This document shows, one piece after another, positions 9,097-18,659 of a stretch of 63,965 nucleotides of DNA (position 1 is the first letter of the stretch; each line of letters starts with the position of its first letter). This stretch comes from Gemmatimonadota bacterium (GTDB taxonomy: Bacteria > Latescibacterota > UBA2968 > UBA8231): NCBI GenBank assembly GCA_038153405.1, contig JAYOYH010000015.1:38289-102253 (forward strand), written 5' to 3'. The notes under the pieces were generated by a model. The model had not been told where the DNA came from and did not search any database. It saw only the letters and a list, made by a program, of their open reading frames with translations. Both the position numbers and the translations under genes were made by a program.

Positions 9097-10719
9097 CTAG
9101 TACATATCACCGCCCGGCGGCATGGCCGGGGGCGCCTTTTTCTCTGGCAGCTCGGCGATCAGCGCCTCGGTCGTCAGCATGAGACCGGCGATGCTAGTGG
9201 CGTTCTCAATGGTGCTGCGCACGACTTTGGTTGGATCGACTACGCCCGCTTTAACCAGGTCTTCGTAGACTTCGCTGCGCGCGTTGAAGCCGTAGGCGCC
9301 CTTGCCTTCGAGCACTTTGCCCACGACGACCGCTCCCTCAAAGCCGGCGTTGGCGGCGATGGTGCGCAGCGGTTCCTCGATGGCGCGACGCACGATATCG
9401 ATGCCCATCTGCTCGTCGCTGTTGGCGCCGCTGAGTTTGGCCAGCGCGGGAGCGCAGCGCAGCAGGGCGATGCCGCCGCCCGGCACGGTGCCTTCTTCGA
9501 CGGCGGCGCGCGTGGCGTGTAAGGCATCGTCAAAGCGGTCCTTCTTTTCCTTCATCTCCGACTCCGTAGCGGCGCCGACGTTGATAACGGCAACTCCTCC
9601 AGCCAGCTTGGCCAGGCGCTCCTGTAGCTTCTCGCGATCGTAGTCCGAAGTCGTCTCTTCAATCTGGCGGCGAATCTGTGCCACGCGGCCGTCGATATCG
9701 GTTTTTTTACCGCTACCTTCGACTAGGGTTGTATTGTCTTTGTCGATCAGCGCGCGGCGCACGCGGCCCAAGTCTTCGAGCTTGACGTTATCCAGCTTGA
9801 TGCCGATCTCCTCCGAGATGACGCGGCCGCCGGTGAGAATGGCGATATCTTCGAGTATGGCCTTGCGGCGATCGCCAAATCCGGGGGCCTTGACGCCGGC
9901 TACGTGCAGGGTGCCACGCAGTTTGTTGACCACTAGTGCGGCCAGTGCTTCACCTTCGATGTCCTCGGCGATAATCAGCAGCGGCTTGTTGCTGGCAGCG
10001 GTCTTTTCCAGCAGAGGCAGTAACTCGCGCAAATTGGATAGCTTTTTCTCGTGGATGAGCACATAGGCATTTTCCAATTCGGCTTCCATGCGCTCGGCGT
10101 TGGTGATGAAGTAGGGCGAGAGGTAACCGCGATCGAACTGCATGCCTTCGACGACCTCCAATGTGGTGGCCGTGCCTTTGGCCTCTTCGACGGTCACCGT
10201 GCCGTCCTTGCCCACCTTTTCCAGCGCATCGGCGATCATATTGCCCATATCGGCGTCCCAGTTGGCCGAAACCGTGGCGACCTGGGCAATGCGCTGGCGG
10301 TCGTTGACCTGCGTGCTCTGCTTTTTGAGCGCTTCCACAATGGAGTCGGTCGCTTGATCAATGCCGCGCTTGAGGTCCATTGGGTTGGCACCGGCCCCGA
10401 TGTACTTAAGGCCTTGGCGAAATATGGCTTCGGCCAACACGGTCGCTGTAGTTGTCCCATCGCCGGCGACATCGGCCGTTTTAGAGGAGACCTCCTTGAG
10501 CATCTGCGCGCCGATGTTTTCGTACGGATCGTTCAACTCGACTTCTTTGGCGACGGTCACCCCGTCTTTGGTAACGCGCGGAGCGCCAAACTTTTTGTCG
10601 AGCAATACGTTGCGACCACGCGGGCCCAGAGTCGACTTAACGGCTTGGCTCAAGGTGGTGACGCCGGCGAGCATTTTTTCGCGCGCGTCGGTGGAGAACA
10701 GCAACTGTTTTGCTGCCAT
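9097..10719 (-). CDS. groEL: chaperonin GroEL (no adjacent groES)
   Basis: MAAKQL..., [42 protein letters not shown]; 540 aa. Confidence 0.99.
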   Translation of the reverse strand: MAAKQLLFSTDAREKMLAGVTTLSQAVKSTLGPRGRNVLLDKKFGAPRVTKDGVTVAKEVELNDPYENIGAQMLKEVSSKTADVAGDGTTTATVLAEAIFRQGLKYIGAGANPMDLKRGIDQATDSIVEALKKQSTQVNDRQRIAQVATVSANWDADMGNMIADALEKVGKDGTVTVEEAKGTATTLEVVEGMQFDRGYLSPYFITNAERMEAELENAYVLIHEKKLSNLRELLPLLEKTAASNKPLLIIAEDIEGEALAALVVNKLRGTLHVAGVKAPGFGDRRKAILEDIAILTGGRVISEEIGIKLDNVKLEDLGRVRRALIDKDNTTLVEGSGKKTDIDGRVAQIRRQIEETTSDYDREKLQERLAKLAGGVAVINVGAATESEMKEKKDRFDDALHATRAAVEEGTVPGGGIALLRCAPALAKLSGANSDEQMGIDIVRRAIEEPLRTIAANAGFEGAVVVGKVLEGKGAYGFNARSEVYEDLVKAGVVDPTKVVRSTIENATSIAGLMLTTEALIAELPEKKAPPAMPPGGDMY

Positions 10720-10799
10720 CCTGCATTCATCCTTTTAAAAGGGTGTAAGGTAAGAGGAGGGCAAACGCACACTCCCACTGCTTGATGGAGTGTTATAAG

Positions 10800-10814
10800 G
10801 CAAAAAAAGTGCCA
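10800..10814 (-). promoter_or_regulatory. sigma54 (-24/-12) promoter for groEL
   Basis: Minus strand reads TGGCAC-TTTTT-TTGC, an exact match to TGGCAC-N5-TTGC, 80 nt upstream of the groEL ATG and correctly oriented. Confidence 0.75.
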
Positions 10815-10961
10815 GATCGTTTGGGGTTGGATTGCGGTCTGGAGTAGTGCTATTGCGTCACATCAATGGGACGTTTTGTCATAGTATGCGCACAGGGGTC
10901 AAAATGGCACTGGCCGTGCTGCCGGGTTCTGTCATGCGCCGAGCGGTTTTCGCCAATCGCC

Positions 10962-12920
10962 CTACTCAGTTTCGTCGGGTGTAAATGCGGCGCAGTCGCT
11001 CTCTGTAGAATAGGTGGCGAGCATGATAATTTCGCCGTCACTGCCCAGGTCCCAACGCTGGCGTTTGTCCGGGTTGAGGTAGGTGCTGTGGTTGAGGCGC
11101 AAGCCCAGTGCCGTTTGGCCGCGCGTCTGGGCGGCAGCCTGCACTTGGTCGAAGCGCACGGTGCCTTGCAAACCGCAGTCGGAGGCCTTGAAAAAACAGA
11201 TTTCCGCTCCGCCTGGGCCGAATAACTCGTCAAAGACTGCGCGCAGTTCGCGGCGCAAGGCCACCTGGGCCAGCATGTGGCTGATGATCTGCGGGCTGAC
11301 GAGAATTTCCGAAGGCGAGTCGGCAAAGAGCGCCGCATTTTCTGATTCCATCAACTCGACGATGAGCGACGGGCCGTCGTCGCCGATCAAATCGCGCAGC
11401 AGCAGATGGCCGAGCGTTGTGCGCGCGTCGGATTCGCCCTCTGATTCCAACCAGTCACTCCCCAGAATGACGATACCGTCATAGGTGTGGGGTCGCAGGC
11501 GCGCTAGTTCGTTGGGTGCGGTGAAATCGCCCTCGTAGTGATGTACGCGCACGCTTTGGGGGTGCACATCGTGGCGGTCGAGCAGGCGCAGGCGCTCTTC
11601 GATGCCGACGTAGGCAAAGACGTCGATGGCAAATTGCTCGCCAGCGTAGCGATCGAATTCGCTCAGCAGCGCCGGTGCGCGATGGCTCCATCCCAGCACC
11701 AATAAGCGTCGCTCATCTGCGCGTTTCTGCCACGGTGCGGCAATAGGGGTTGCATGTGGATGCGGAGTAAAGGTCTGCAGCGCCGTCGTGTCGGCAAACG
11801 TGCGCGCGATAAAGACGAGGCGATCGCCCTTTTGTACTTCGGTGTCTGGGGAGGGATTGAGTAGGGGTAAAAAACCCCCTCCGGCTTCGGGCCTTAGAGC
11901 GCCCAAGAGCACGGCATCGGGAAAGGCCGGCCCGAGCGCACCCATGTGCTGTCCGGCCAGCGCATCGCCACTGCGCACATACACTTCGTTGGTGCGGTCG
12001 CCGCTGAGCAACTCGTTAAAGACTTTTGACAGACCGGGATGGCGCAGGGTCTGGACGATGAGGCGACTTATAAAGAGATCGCTGCTGATGATTTCCACGG
12101 GGCCGGCATAGGCGCGCACGCCAACCATGACCTTGCGGGGGTCGAAGATTTCGGCGACGATGAGAGGAACGCGGTGCCCGTTTTGATGTGCGGCGTGACG
12201 AGATATCGAGAGCAGCGTTTTTATCGTGCGCGCATCGGCCGTCATTGCTCCGTCGTAAAACGATCCGGGCAATATGACGGCTGCTGCATTGGCAAAATCG
12301 ACGCGGCGCAGATGATCAATATCGAGGGGTGTGCCGGTGCGAAAAACGATGTGTTGGCTGTCCCACAGTGCCCCGAGATGATCGCGCAGTTCCTGCACGC
12401 GCTCGGCGTTTACTTCCTCGGCTAGTACGGCGATATTGAGTCGGCGCGCTCCATAGCGGCGCAGAAAGCGGTGCAGGCGTTCCTCAGAAGACGACAGCAG
12501 CTCTTCGATGATGGGTGCCGTGCGGTTGGTCCAGCCCAGCACCAATACGTGATCGCTCTGGGCAATGGGGGTAAGGCCGCTTTCCAGGCGCCGCATCGTC
12601 TGCGCTAACCACTGTGACATGATAGCGATGAGCGCGCCCATAAACAGCACGTAGCCCGAAACGGTGACGACGGTCGATACGATTCGGCGCACCAAGCCCT
12701 CGTCGTCGCCAAGGTATCCGGGATCGGTCAGGCGCAAAAAAGCCCACCACACCGCTTCGCCCGGACTGGAAAACCCGCCCGCAAACTCCATGACGAGCGC
12801 TCCGCCGATAACGGCGATAATCCCGAGTAGTGCGGCGATAAAGAGCAGTCGGTAGTGCGCGCCGCGCAGCAGCATGCGTTCGACGAGAAAGGTAAAGCGA
12901 TTTTTCGCTCGTTTTATCAT
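10962..12920 (-). CDS. CASTOR/POLLUX (DMI1)-like cation channel with two RCK domains
   Basis: TM-pore-TM unit with WWAFLRLTDPGYLGDD, RCK1 HVLVLGW, DARTIKTLL, and a second RCK LLVLGW...SDARTTL. Confidence 0.88.
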   Translation of the reverse strand: MIKRAKNRFTFLVERMLLRGAHYRLLFIAALLGIIAVIGGALVMEFAGGFSSPGEAVWWAFLRLTDPGYLGDDEGLVRRIVSTVVTVSGYVLFMGALIAIMSQWLAQTMRRLESGLTPIAQSDHVLVLGWTNRTAPIIEELLSSSEERLHRFLRRYGARRLNIAVLAEEVNAERVQELRDHLGALWDSQHIVFRTGTPLDIDHLRRVDFANAAAVILPGSFYDGAMTADARTIKTLLSISRHAAHQNGHRVPLIVAEIFDPRKVMVGVRAYAGPVEIISSDLFISRLIVQTLRHPGLSKVFNELLSGDRTNEVYVRSGDALAGQHMGALGPAFPDAVLLGALRPEAGGGFLPLLNPSPDTEVQKGDRLVFIARTFADTTALQTFTPHPHATPIAAPWQKRADERRLLVLGWSHRAPALLSEFDRYAGEQFAIDVFAYVGIEERLRLLDRHDVHPQSVRVHHYEGDFTAPNELARLRPHTYDGIVILGSDWLESEGESDARTTLGHLLLRDLIGDDGPSLIVELMESENAALFADSPSEILVSPQIISHMLAQVALRRELRAVFDELFGPGGAEICFFKASDCGLQGTVRFDQVQAAAQTRGQTALGLRLNHSTYLNPDKRQRWDLGSDGEIIMLATYSTESDCAAFTPDETE

Positions 12921-12986
12921 GTTCGCACTCCACGGAAATGGGCAGAGGCCGCGTGCGTTTGCGATGTGCGCGTGCGCCGCAACGAC

Positions 12987-15125
12987 TTAAAACCACTTGT
13001 CTTTTCGAGCATATCCCAGGCCGAACTGCAGCTCTGATTTGAGTCCTGTCGAACCGACGGCGCTGCTGCGATGCGCGAAAAAATTGGCGTCAATAGACAG
13101 GTGGAGGTCGCTGCCGAGTCGAACGGTGAGCGAGTTGTACTGCTGCAGCGACAGCGTGCGCGCTTTGGAGGCGCCGACAAATAGCTTGCACGAGGAGCTA
13201 AAGCCGTTGCCCTTCCACTGCGCTTTGTACTCGGGGAGTAGCTCGACGCCTAGGTCGCTCTCGCCGGCGGCGACATCGCGCTCCCAGCCCAGTCCGATGC
13301 GCACATTTCCGCGTTGGCCAAGGGGTCGCTGCAGGCCGGCACTGGCGCGCAGCGTCAGCGGCCGCGCGTGGCCTTTCTGTGCAGTCCATACGCTATTGGC
13401 CGCCAGCGCGGCAAAGGGCGCTGGGCTGCGCGTCTGGCGCGTATAGGTCATATCCATCTGCAGTCGATCGCTCGATTCGCGAAAGCGCCCATTGCTGCGC
13501 ACCTGCCCGTAGTTGGAGCGCACTTGGTGCTCCAATCGTCCGCTGGGCACTTCGCTACTCAGCCGCCCGTCAAACAAGCCATTCCACGCTAGGGCGCTGC
13601 GTCCGCTGAGAAAAGACACGTCTTGGTAAGCCGCTACGCCGTCGCCGATTCCCGTCCAACTCAGCGCACCATTGAGCTTGAAAGTGCTCTTCCAAATGCG
13701 CACAATGCGCTCCCATTGGCCCTCGCTTGGTTGGGCTAGATGTTCGATGATAATTTCTTTGAGCGTGGGGTGCACGCCGCTGGCATAGACCAACTCGTGC
13801 GGTTTTAAATAGGCGTCACCGCCCTCGGCTAAATAGGCCGTCGTGCTCACCCGATATTGCTCATCGGGGATGAGCTTGCGGCCGTTGACCGTCTCGGCGG
13901 CCGGGTCGTAGCCGGCAAAGACTAGGCGCTGGCTCTCCTTATTGCGCGCTTTGCTCTGCGCACCCAGTTCGACCAACTGCTTGCCGCTAAGGTCTAGTGC
14001 TACGACGAAATCGTCGTAGCGAACGAGGCGGCGCACCTCACCCACGGTAATGCTGTCTTCCAAGGCAAAGGCGCTTATGGCTCCGCGGTTGATAACGCTG
14101 ACCTCGCTACGCGCACTGCGGCGCATCAGAACCGCGATCCAAGCGGGTGCATCGTCGACGCGCTCGGTTACGCTGCCAGCGACTGCGCGGCCGGATTGGG
14201 CAAAGCGCTGCTGTAGGTCGGCGATGGCAGCGCTGGCCTCGGGGTGTGGGCCGCTGCTTCCATCTATGGGCAGCAGCTGAGCAGCAAAGCTCGTTTCTAC
14301 GAGCAGCGTATCGCGTCGCACCCACTGTAGGACAATTTTGCCAACATGCGTAGCGCCGGCGGGAGTAGATAGCAGGCGCCCGCCCCCGGCCAGCTTCACT
14401 TGGTGGAGGGAAGACGCCTGGCTATTGGCACGGCGGAAACCGCCCGTTATACACAGGTCTATGTCGGGAAAGCGCTGGGCCAGCGCCACGGCTTCTTCTT
14501 CTTCCATGTGCAGAAGGGCAATGGTGTAGTCGGCCGAGTCGCGCAGTGCGGGCAGCAATGCGTCCAGCGCTGCCCGAGGATCGCCCACCTGTAATCCGGA
14601 GTTGTGCAGTGGGTTGATGAGCTTGGCGGTGGCTGGCGATAGCAGGCCGACGATGGCAATGCGCAAACCGTCGCGTTCGATTAGAGTCCAAGGCTGCAGC
14701 GGATTGTTGGTAGTCGTCTGCACGTTGGCTGCCAACAGGGGGAAAGGCAACTGCCGCGCGCGCGCGCGCAGCGTATCGAGGCCGTAGTCGAACTCGTGGT
14801 TGCCGGCAACCATGGCGTCGTAGCCAGCGCGCGCCATGAGCTGTGCTACGAGTGCTCCACTGTCAAAGCGCGCCAGCGAAGAGGCTCCCAGTGCGTCACC
14901 GCCGTCGAGAATGAGCGCGCTGGCATGGGCGACGCGCTCCCGTTCCAGCAGGGCCAGCAAGTGGGCAAAGCCGTTGGGCATCGCTCCTTCACCGCTGCGC
15001 GGCAGCAGCTGGCCCTCTAGGTCGTTTGTGTGAAAAATGGTCAGCTGGTGAGTGCGCTGCTGTTCGTCGCCGTATGCGGCGTGGAGCAGCGACGCCCAAA
15101 AAAGCACTGTGGCCAATGCGCGCAT
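12987..15125 (-). CDS. 5'-nucleotidase/metallophosphoesterase-like domains fused to a C-terminal outer-membrane beta-barrel
   Basis: Signal peptide; FHTNDLEG, LDGGD, GNHEFDYG and LAANV; 5'-NT C-domain (IN.G.I, YLAEGGDAY); last ~235 aa are alternating amphipathic strands ending GLGY...WF. Confidence 0.8.
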   Translation of the reverse strand: MRALATVLFWASLLHAAYGDEQQRTHQLTIFHTNDLEGQLLPRSGEGAMPNGFAHLLALLERERVAHASALILDGGDALGASSLARFDSGALVAQLMARAGYDAMVAGNHEFDYGLDTLRARARQLPFPLLAANVQTTTNNPLQPWTLIERDGLRIAIVGLLSPATAKLINPLHNSGLQVGDPRAALDALLPALRDSADYTIALLHMEEEEAVALAQRFPDIDLCITGGFRRANSQASSLHQVKLAGGGRLLSTPAGATHVGKIVLQWVRRDTLLVETSFAAQLLPIDGSSGPHPEASAAIADLQQRFAQSGRAVAGSVTERVDDAPAWIAVLMRRSARSEVSVINRGAISAFALEDSITVGEVRRLVRYDDFVVALDLSGKQLVELGAQSKARNKESQRLVFAGYDPAAETVNGRKLIPDEQYRVSTTAYLAEGGDAYLKPHELVYASGVHPTLKEIIIEHLAQPSEGQWERIVRIWKSTFKLNGALSWTGIGDGVAAYQDVSFLSGRSALAWNGLFDGRLSSEVPSGRLEHQVRSNYGQVRSNGRFRESSDRLQMDMTYTRQTRSPAPFAALAANSVWTAQKGHARPLTLRASAGLQRPLGQRGNVRIGLGWERDVAAGESDLGVELLPEYKAQWKGNGFSSSCKLFVGASKARTLSLQQYNSLTVRLGSDLHLSIDANFFAHRSSAVGSTGLKSELQFGLGYARKDKWF

Positions 15126-15136
15126 AGGGGATGGGA

Positions 15137-16582
15137 CTAAGATGTGATATGGGGACGGGCTTCGGCCCAGTGCACATCCGAGTCTAAGACGGCTTGACGC
15201 ACGGACGCGGCCAAGCTGAGGTCGGCGGCGGTGGCGGGAACGGCGTCCTCTCTAGTGCTGGTGATCCATGGGCGCAGCGCATCGCCCGACCATACGGCAT
15301 GTACTGTTCGATAGCCTAGATAGCCATCGCCGCAGTGGCTACAGCCCTGGGGTTCGGCGAGTGTGGTTCCTTCGCCAAAGAGAGCGACTGCTTCATCTGC
15401 AGCCGGACGGGTTTGGCGGCAGTGTCGGCAGAGTTGACGCATGGAGGTAAATTCGACGGCGCCGAGCAGGACGCGTGCAAAGTCGGCTGCGCTCACCTCG
15501 CTGCTCAATAGGCGCAGCAGGGCATCGCGCACGCCGCTGGCGCTGACAAAGGCGATGACTAGGGCACCGGCGCCGGCGCCTTGGAGCAGCGAGCGCACCT
15601 GAGCGGGATCGAGTGCGTCTTCGACGAGTATGGCGTTGGGGCGCATGTCGAGTGCGGTGCGCCACAGTGCAGAAAAATCGCCGTCGCCGCCCAAGTCTAG
15701 CTGGACGAGTGAATCGTCGCGGTACTGAACGGGGCGCTGCAGGCATGCGACTAGGCGGCCGTCGGCGGCAAGATGCCGAGCCAGGCCCAACTGGTGGCGT
15801 TCGGCGTTGGGACCGGGCGAGCCGGCCAAGATAACCAGACCCGGCCGACCGGAGAGCATGGGTTCGAGAGCGGCGGCCTGCGCAGGCAGATAACCGAGGC
15901 CCTCTAGTCCGCGGTTTTCCACATCGAGGAAGAAATGCAGGTGTAGGAGCTGGCCCAACAGGGTGGGCACGGCGGCCAGGCGCAGCTGGTAGGTGACGCC
16001 ATCGCAGGTGTGCTGGCCGAGCGCTTGGCGAATGCTGCCCTCGCTCGGCAGCGGCGCCAAACAGCCGAACCATTCGGCCAGCTTTTTGGCCAGAGCGGAT
16101 GGGAAGCGGGCGCGTTCGCGGCGATTGCCCTCCTGCCCGGCCAGCAGGCGCATGCCGTCGTGCAGCGGATCGAAATACAGGTCGGGGACCGAGTCGAGCA
16201 GGGCGTCGCGCAAGATGAGGCGTCCGAGTTCTGCCACGAGCGCATCGGTATTGGCCGCGTCTATTTCGGGCACATCGCCGAGCTGGCTGCGCGCAGTTAG
16301 GCGTTCGGTAAAAAGTGCCGCAGCCTCTTGCAGGGCGTTGCGCAGCTGCTGGCCCTCGTCGGCAACGGCGCGCTGGTAGCGCTCCAGTTCGGCGGCGGCA
16401 AAGAACAGGCGCCGCTCGCGCTTTTCGCCTTTGAGTGCTCCGTCCACGACGCGGCGATACACTTCAGCGCGCTGCAGCTGAAGTCGTTTGGCCGCCTCGT
16501 CTAGGTCGTAGAAGACATCGCTCTGTGCGGTGTGGCCGCCGGGCGTAGCTGCGCCTCTATCGCTTGTTTCCACTGCAGACAC
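15137..16582 (-). CDS. helix-turn-helix (excisionase/HTH_17-like) fused to a degenerate GspE/PilB-like ATPase
   Basis: N-terminal YDLDEAAKRLQLQRAEVYRRVVDGAL; PilB-like LRLAAVPTLLG, LEGLGY, GLVILAG, RQLCRHC...GCSHC.DGYLG; Walker A is GSPGPNAE. Confidence 0.8.
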   Translation of the reverse strand: MSAVETSDRGAATPGGHTAQSDVFYDLDEAAKRLQLQRAEVYRRVVDGALKGEKRERRLFFAAAELERYQRAVADEGQQLRNALQEAAALFTERLTARSQLGDVPEIDAANTDALVAELGRLILRDALLDSVPDLYFDPLHDGMRLLAGQEGNRRERARFPSALAKKLAEWFGCLAPLPSEGSIRQALGQHTCDGVTYQLRLAAVPTLLGQLLHLHFFLDVENRGLEGLGYLPAQAAALEPMLSGRPGLVILAGSPGPNAERHQLGLARHLAADGRLVACLQRPVQYRDDSLVQLDLGGDGDFSALWRTALDMRPNAILVEDALDPAQVRSLLQGAGAGALVIAFVSASGVRDALLRLLSSEVSAADFARVLLGAVEFTSMRQLCRHCRQTRPAADEAVALFGEGTTLAEPQGCSHCGDGYLGYRTVHAVWSGDALRPWITSTREDAVPATAADLSLAASVRQAVLDSDVHWAEARPHITS

Positions 16583-16586
16583 GTCG

Positions 16587-17420
16587 TTATTCCTCGCGTT
16601 TTAGATCGATGTCTTTGGCCGGCACGGCGACGGCGAGGCCAGCTGTTTCGAACTCTTTGCGCATCTGCGTGATGACGTCGCCAAATATTTTCATCGTGTC
16701 GACCGCGCTCCACGCCTCCAACATCACCAACACGCTGTCACCGGTAACATCAGAGACGGTAAAATTTGGAGCTGGCTCATTGAGCACGGCCTCGTGGCGC
16801 CGCAGCACGCCGAGCGCTAGGTCTTCTACCCAGTCTATATCCAAGTCGTAGGCCAAGCGCATGGGCACGCGAATGGCGCGCGTATCGAATGTGGAAAAGT
16901 TAACTATCTTGTTGCGCCACATAACGGAGTTAGGCACGATGATATTGACATTGTCCAGCGTCACCATGCCCGTATAGGTCATCTTTACTTCGGTGACTCG
17001 GCCTATTTGTGCCGGAGGACCAAACTCGATGAGGTCGCCCTGCTTAAAGGGGCGTGCGGCGAGCATCATGATGCCGGCAAAATAGTTGGCTATCGACGTG
17101 CGTGCGCCCAGTCCGATGATAACGCCGCTGATGCCAAAGGTGGTCAAGAGGGCATCGACGGGGAAATGGGCCTGTTTGAGTGCGGTTACGTAGCCGACGA
17201 TCATCACGCTGTAGCGCAGCACGGTGCTCAGGTAGTTCCACAGAATTTCGTCGCCGCCGAGGCGCTGCATGGCGCGCAGAACAGCTCGCTTGCACCACAG
17301 GCCCGCCCACCAACTGGCCATGGCAATAAGCACGCCCAACACCAGGTCGGGTAGCCAGCTTAAAAAAGCTACGGCGTACTCTTCCATGCGCATGATGACG
17401 ATGTCGCTTAGGCTGCCCAT
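16587..17420 (-). CDS. mscS: MscS family mechanosensitive channel
   Basis: IGLGARTSIANYFAGI...PFKQGDLIE...GRV.EV...IIVPNS. Confidence 0.92.
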   Translation of the reverse strand: MGSLSDIVIMRMEEYAVAFLSWLPDLVLGVLIAMASWWAGLWCKRAVLRAMQRLGGDEILWNYLSTVLRYSVMIVGYVTALKQAHFPVDALLTTFGISGVIIGLGARTSIANYFAGIMMLAARPFKQGDLIEFGPPAQIGRVTEVKMTYTGMVTLDNVNIIVPNSVMWRNKIVNFSTFDTRAIRVPMRLAYDLDIDWVEDLALGVLRRHEAVLNEPAPNFTVSDVTGDSVLVMLEAWSAVDTMKIFGDVITQMRKEFETAGLAVAVPAKDIDLKREE

Positions 17421-17447
17421 TGACCGCTCCTAACGCACTGTTATTCG

Positions 17448-18353
17448 CTATGCACTCTCGCTCGTGCCGCGTCTGGGTACTTGCTCTGGGTGGTGGTAGA
17501 TCGTTCGGTGTGGATAGGCGAATTCCACGGTCTTACTGTATCCCACTTCGCGGAGCACAATGCGCACGATATCGCTGGAGACCCGCTGGCGATCCTTGGC
17601 CAGCGTCTGGTAGCGCAGGCGCGCCATAATGCCCGATTCAAACAGCTCGGCGCGCACGAATGGCGCTTGCCCAGTATCCTCGATAATGTCTGCTGTCACC
17701 TGCCGAGCGGCTCCGAGAAAAATGCGCTCAGCTTCGTCAAAATCGGAGCTATAGGTGATCCGGATGGGCACTTCGTCGAGGATGTAATTAGAGATATTTA
17801 CTTCGCCGCCCTTATCGATCCCTTCCAGCGTATAGTTATATATGATTTGTCCAAAAAGGGTGGCGTTGGGGATGAGCACGGCGCGGCCCGACTTTTCCTC
17901 GCCGCCAATTGTGCCGCCGACCTGGTTGAGCAGCACGTGCGTCAGATTGATGTCGACCACGTCGCCGATAATACCGGAGATAATAATGCGATCGCCGATC
18001 TTGAAAGGGCGCTTCAGGATAATCATCAACCAGGCGGCAATGCCCGTTACGGGCGCCTGCAGTGACCATCCCAATACCATGCCGAGAAATGCGGCCGACA
18101 GTCCCAGTGTTGCAAGGGAGCCAGAGAAGCTGATGATGCCAAAGATAAAGCCGATGGCCATCCACACGTAGCGGTAGATGAATAAGAAGTGCTGGACATT
18201 GTCTTCTTTGTAGGCTTTGGTCAGCAGGTAGCGCCGCAGCAGGCGGCGCGAAACCTGGTAGCCGACCCACAGAAATACCAGCGTGAAAATGCCGAGCATG
18301 GACGCGCTCAACTCAATGTATTCTCCGGCGACGCGGGCAAATTCTTCGATCAT
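17448..18353 (-). CDS. mscS: MscS family mechanosensitive channel
   Basis: LGWSLQAPVTGIAAW...RPFKIGDRI...GDVVDI...LIPNA; C-terminal FAYPHR. Confidence 0.92.
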   Translation of the reverse strand: MIEEFARVAGEYIELSASMLGIFTLVFLWVGYQVSRRLLRRYLLTKAYKEDNVQHFLFIYRYVWMAIGFIFGIISFSGSLATLGLSAAFLGMVLGWSLQAPVTGIAAWLMIILKRPFKIGDRIIISGIIGDVVDINLTHVLLNQVGGTIGGEEKSGRAVLIPNATLFGQIIYNYTLEGIDKGGEVNISNYILDEVPIRITYSSDFDEAERIFLGAARQVTADIIEDTGQAPFVRAELFESGIMARLRYQTLAKDRQRVSSDIVRIVLREVGYSKTVEFAYPHRTIYHHPEQVPRRGTSESA

Positions 18354-18659
18354 AACGGCAATGCGCTTATCTTCTTATACAAATAGAGACACATCTCGGG
18401 GTGGCCAGGCACGCTCGGTACAGCGCGACTAAACGCTAGTTAAAATATGCCAAATGGTGGTCCCGTGCGACGGCTGGACCATTTTTTTAACATATTTATT
18501 TGAGGGCGAAGTGGCCAAATGAGTGCGACGGGCTTAATCCGATGGTTGGAAGATCAGAAACGCTAATTTATCGATTTTTCAGGCCAGTTTGTCCGCGCGA
18601 GACGACCTGTATATGGGAGAGCCCCGTTGGAAGTAGAGTGCGCGGGGCCGCGTCAGGAT

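Noticed and set aside
10051..10785. 244-aa ORF antisense to groEL (and similar antisense ORFs at 23255-24169, 38014-38979, 39095-40168, 44608-45831)
   Set aside because: Typical stop-free antisense frames of GC-rich genes; no motifs or RBS support.
10765..10797. CIRCE-like CACTC...GAGTG repeat upstream of groEL
   Set aside because: The spacer is 13 nt rather than 9 and the TTAG/CTAA arms are missing, so it is not an HrcA operator; kept only as an unexplained inverted repeat.
10905..10920. Second sigma54-like TGGCAC-N5-GTGC on the + strand
   Set aside because: It has a mismatch at -12 and points antisense into the 3' end of the CASTOR-like gene with no ORF to drive; better explained as half of an enhancer-like palindrome.
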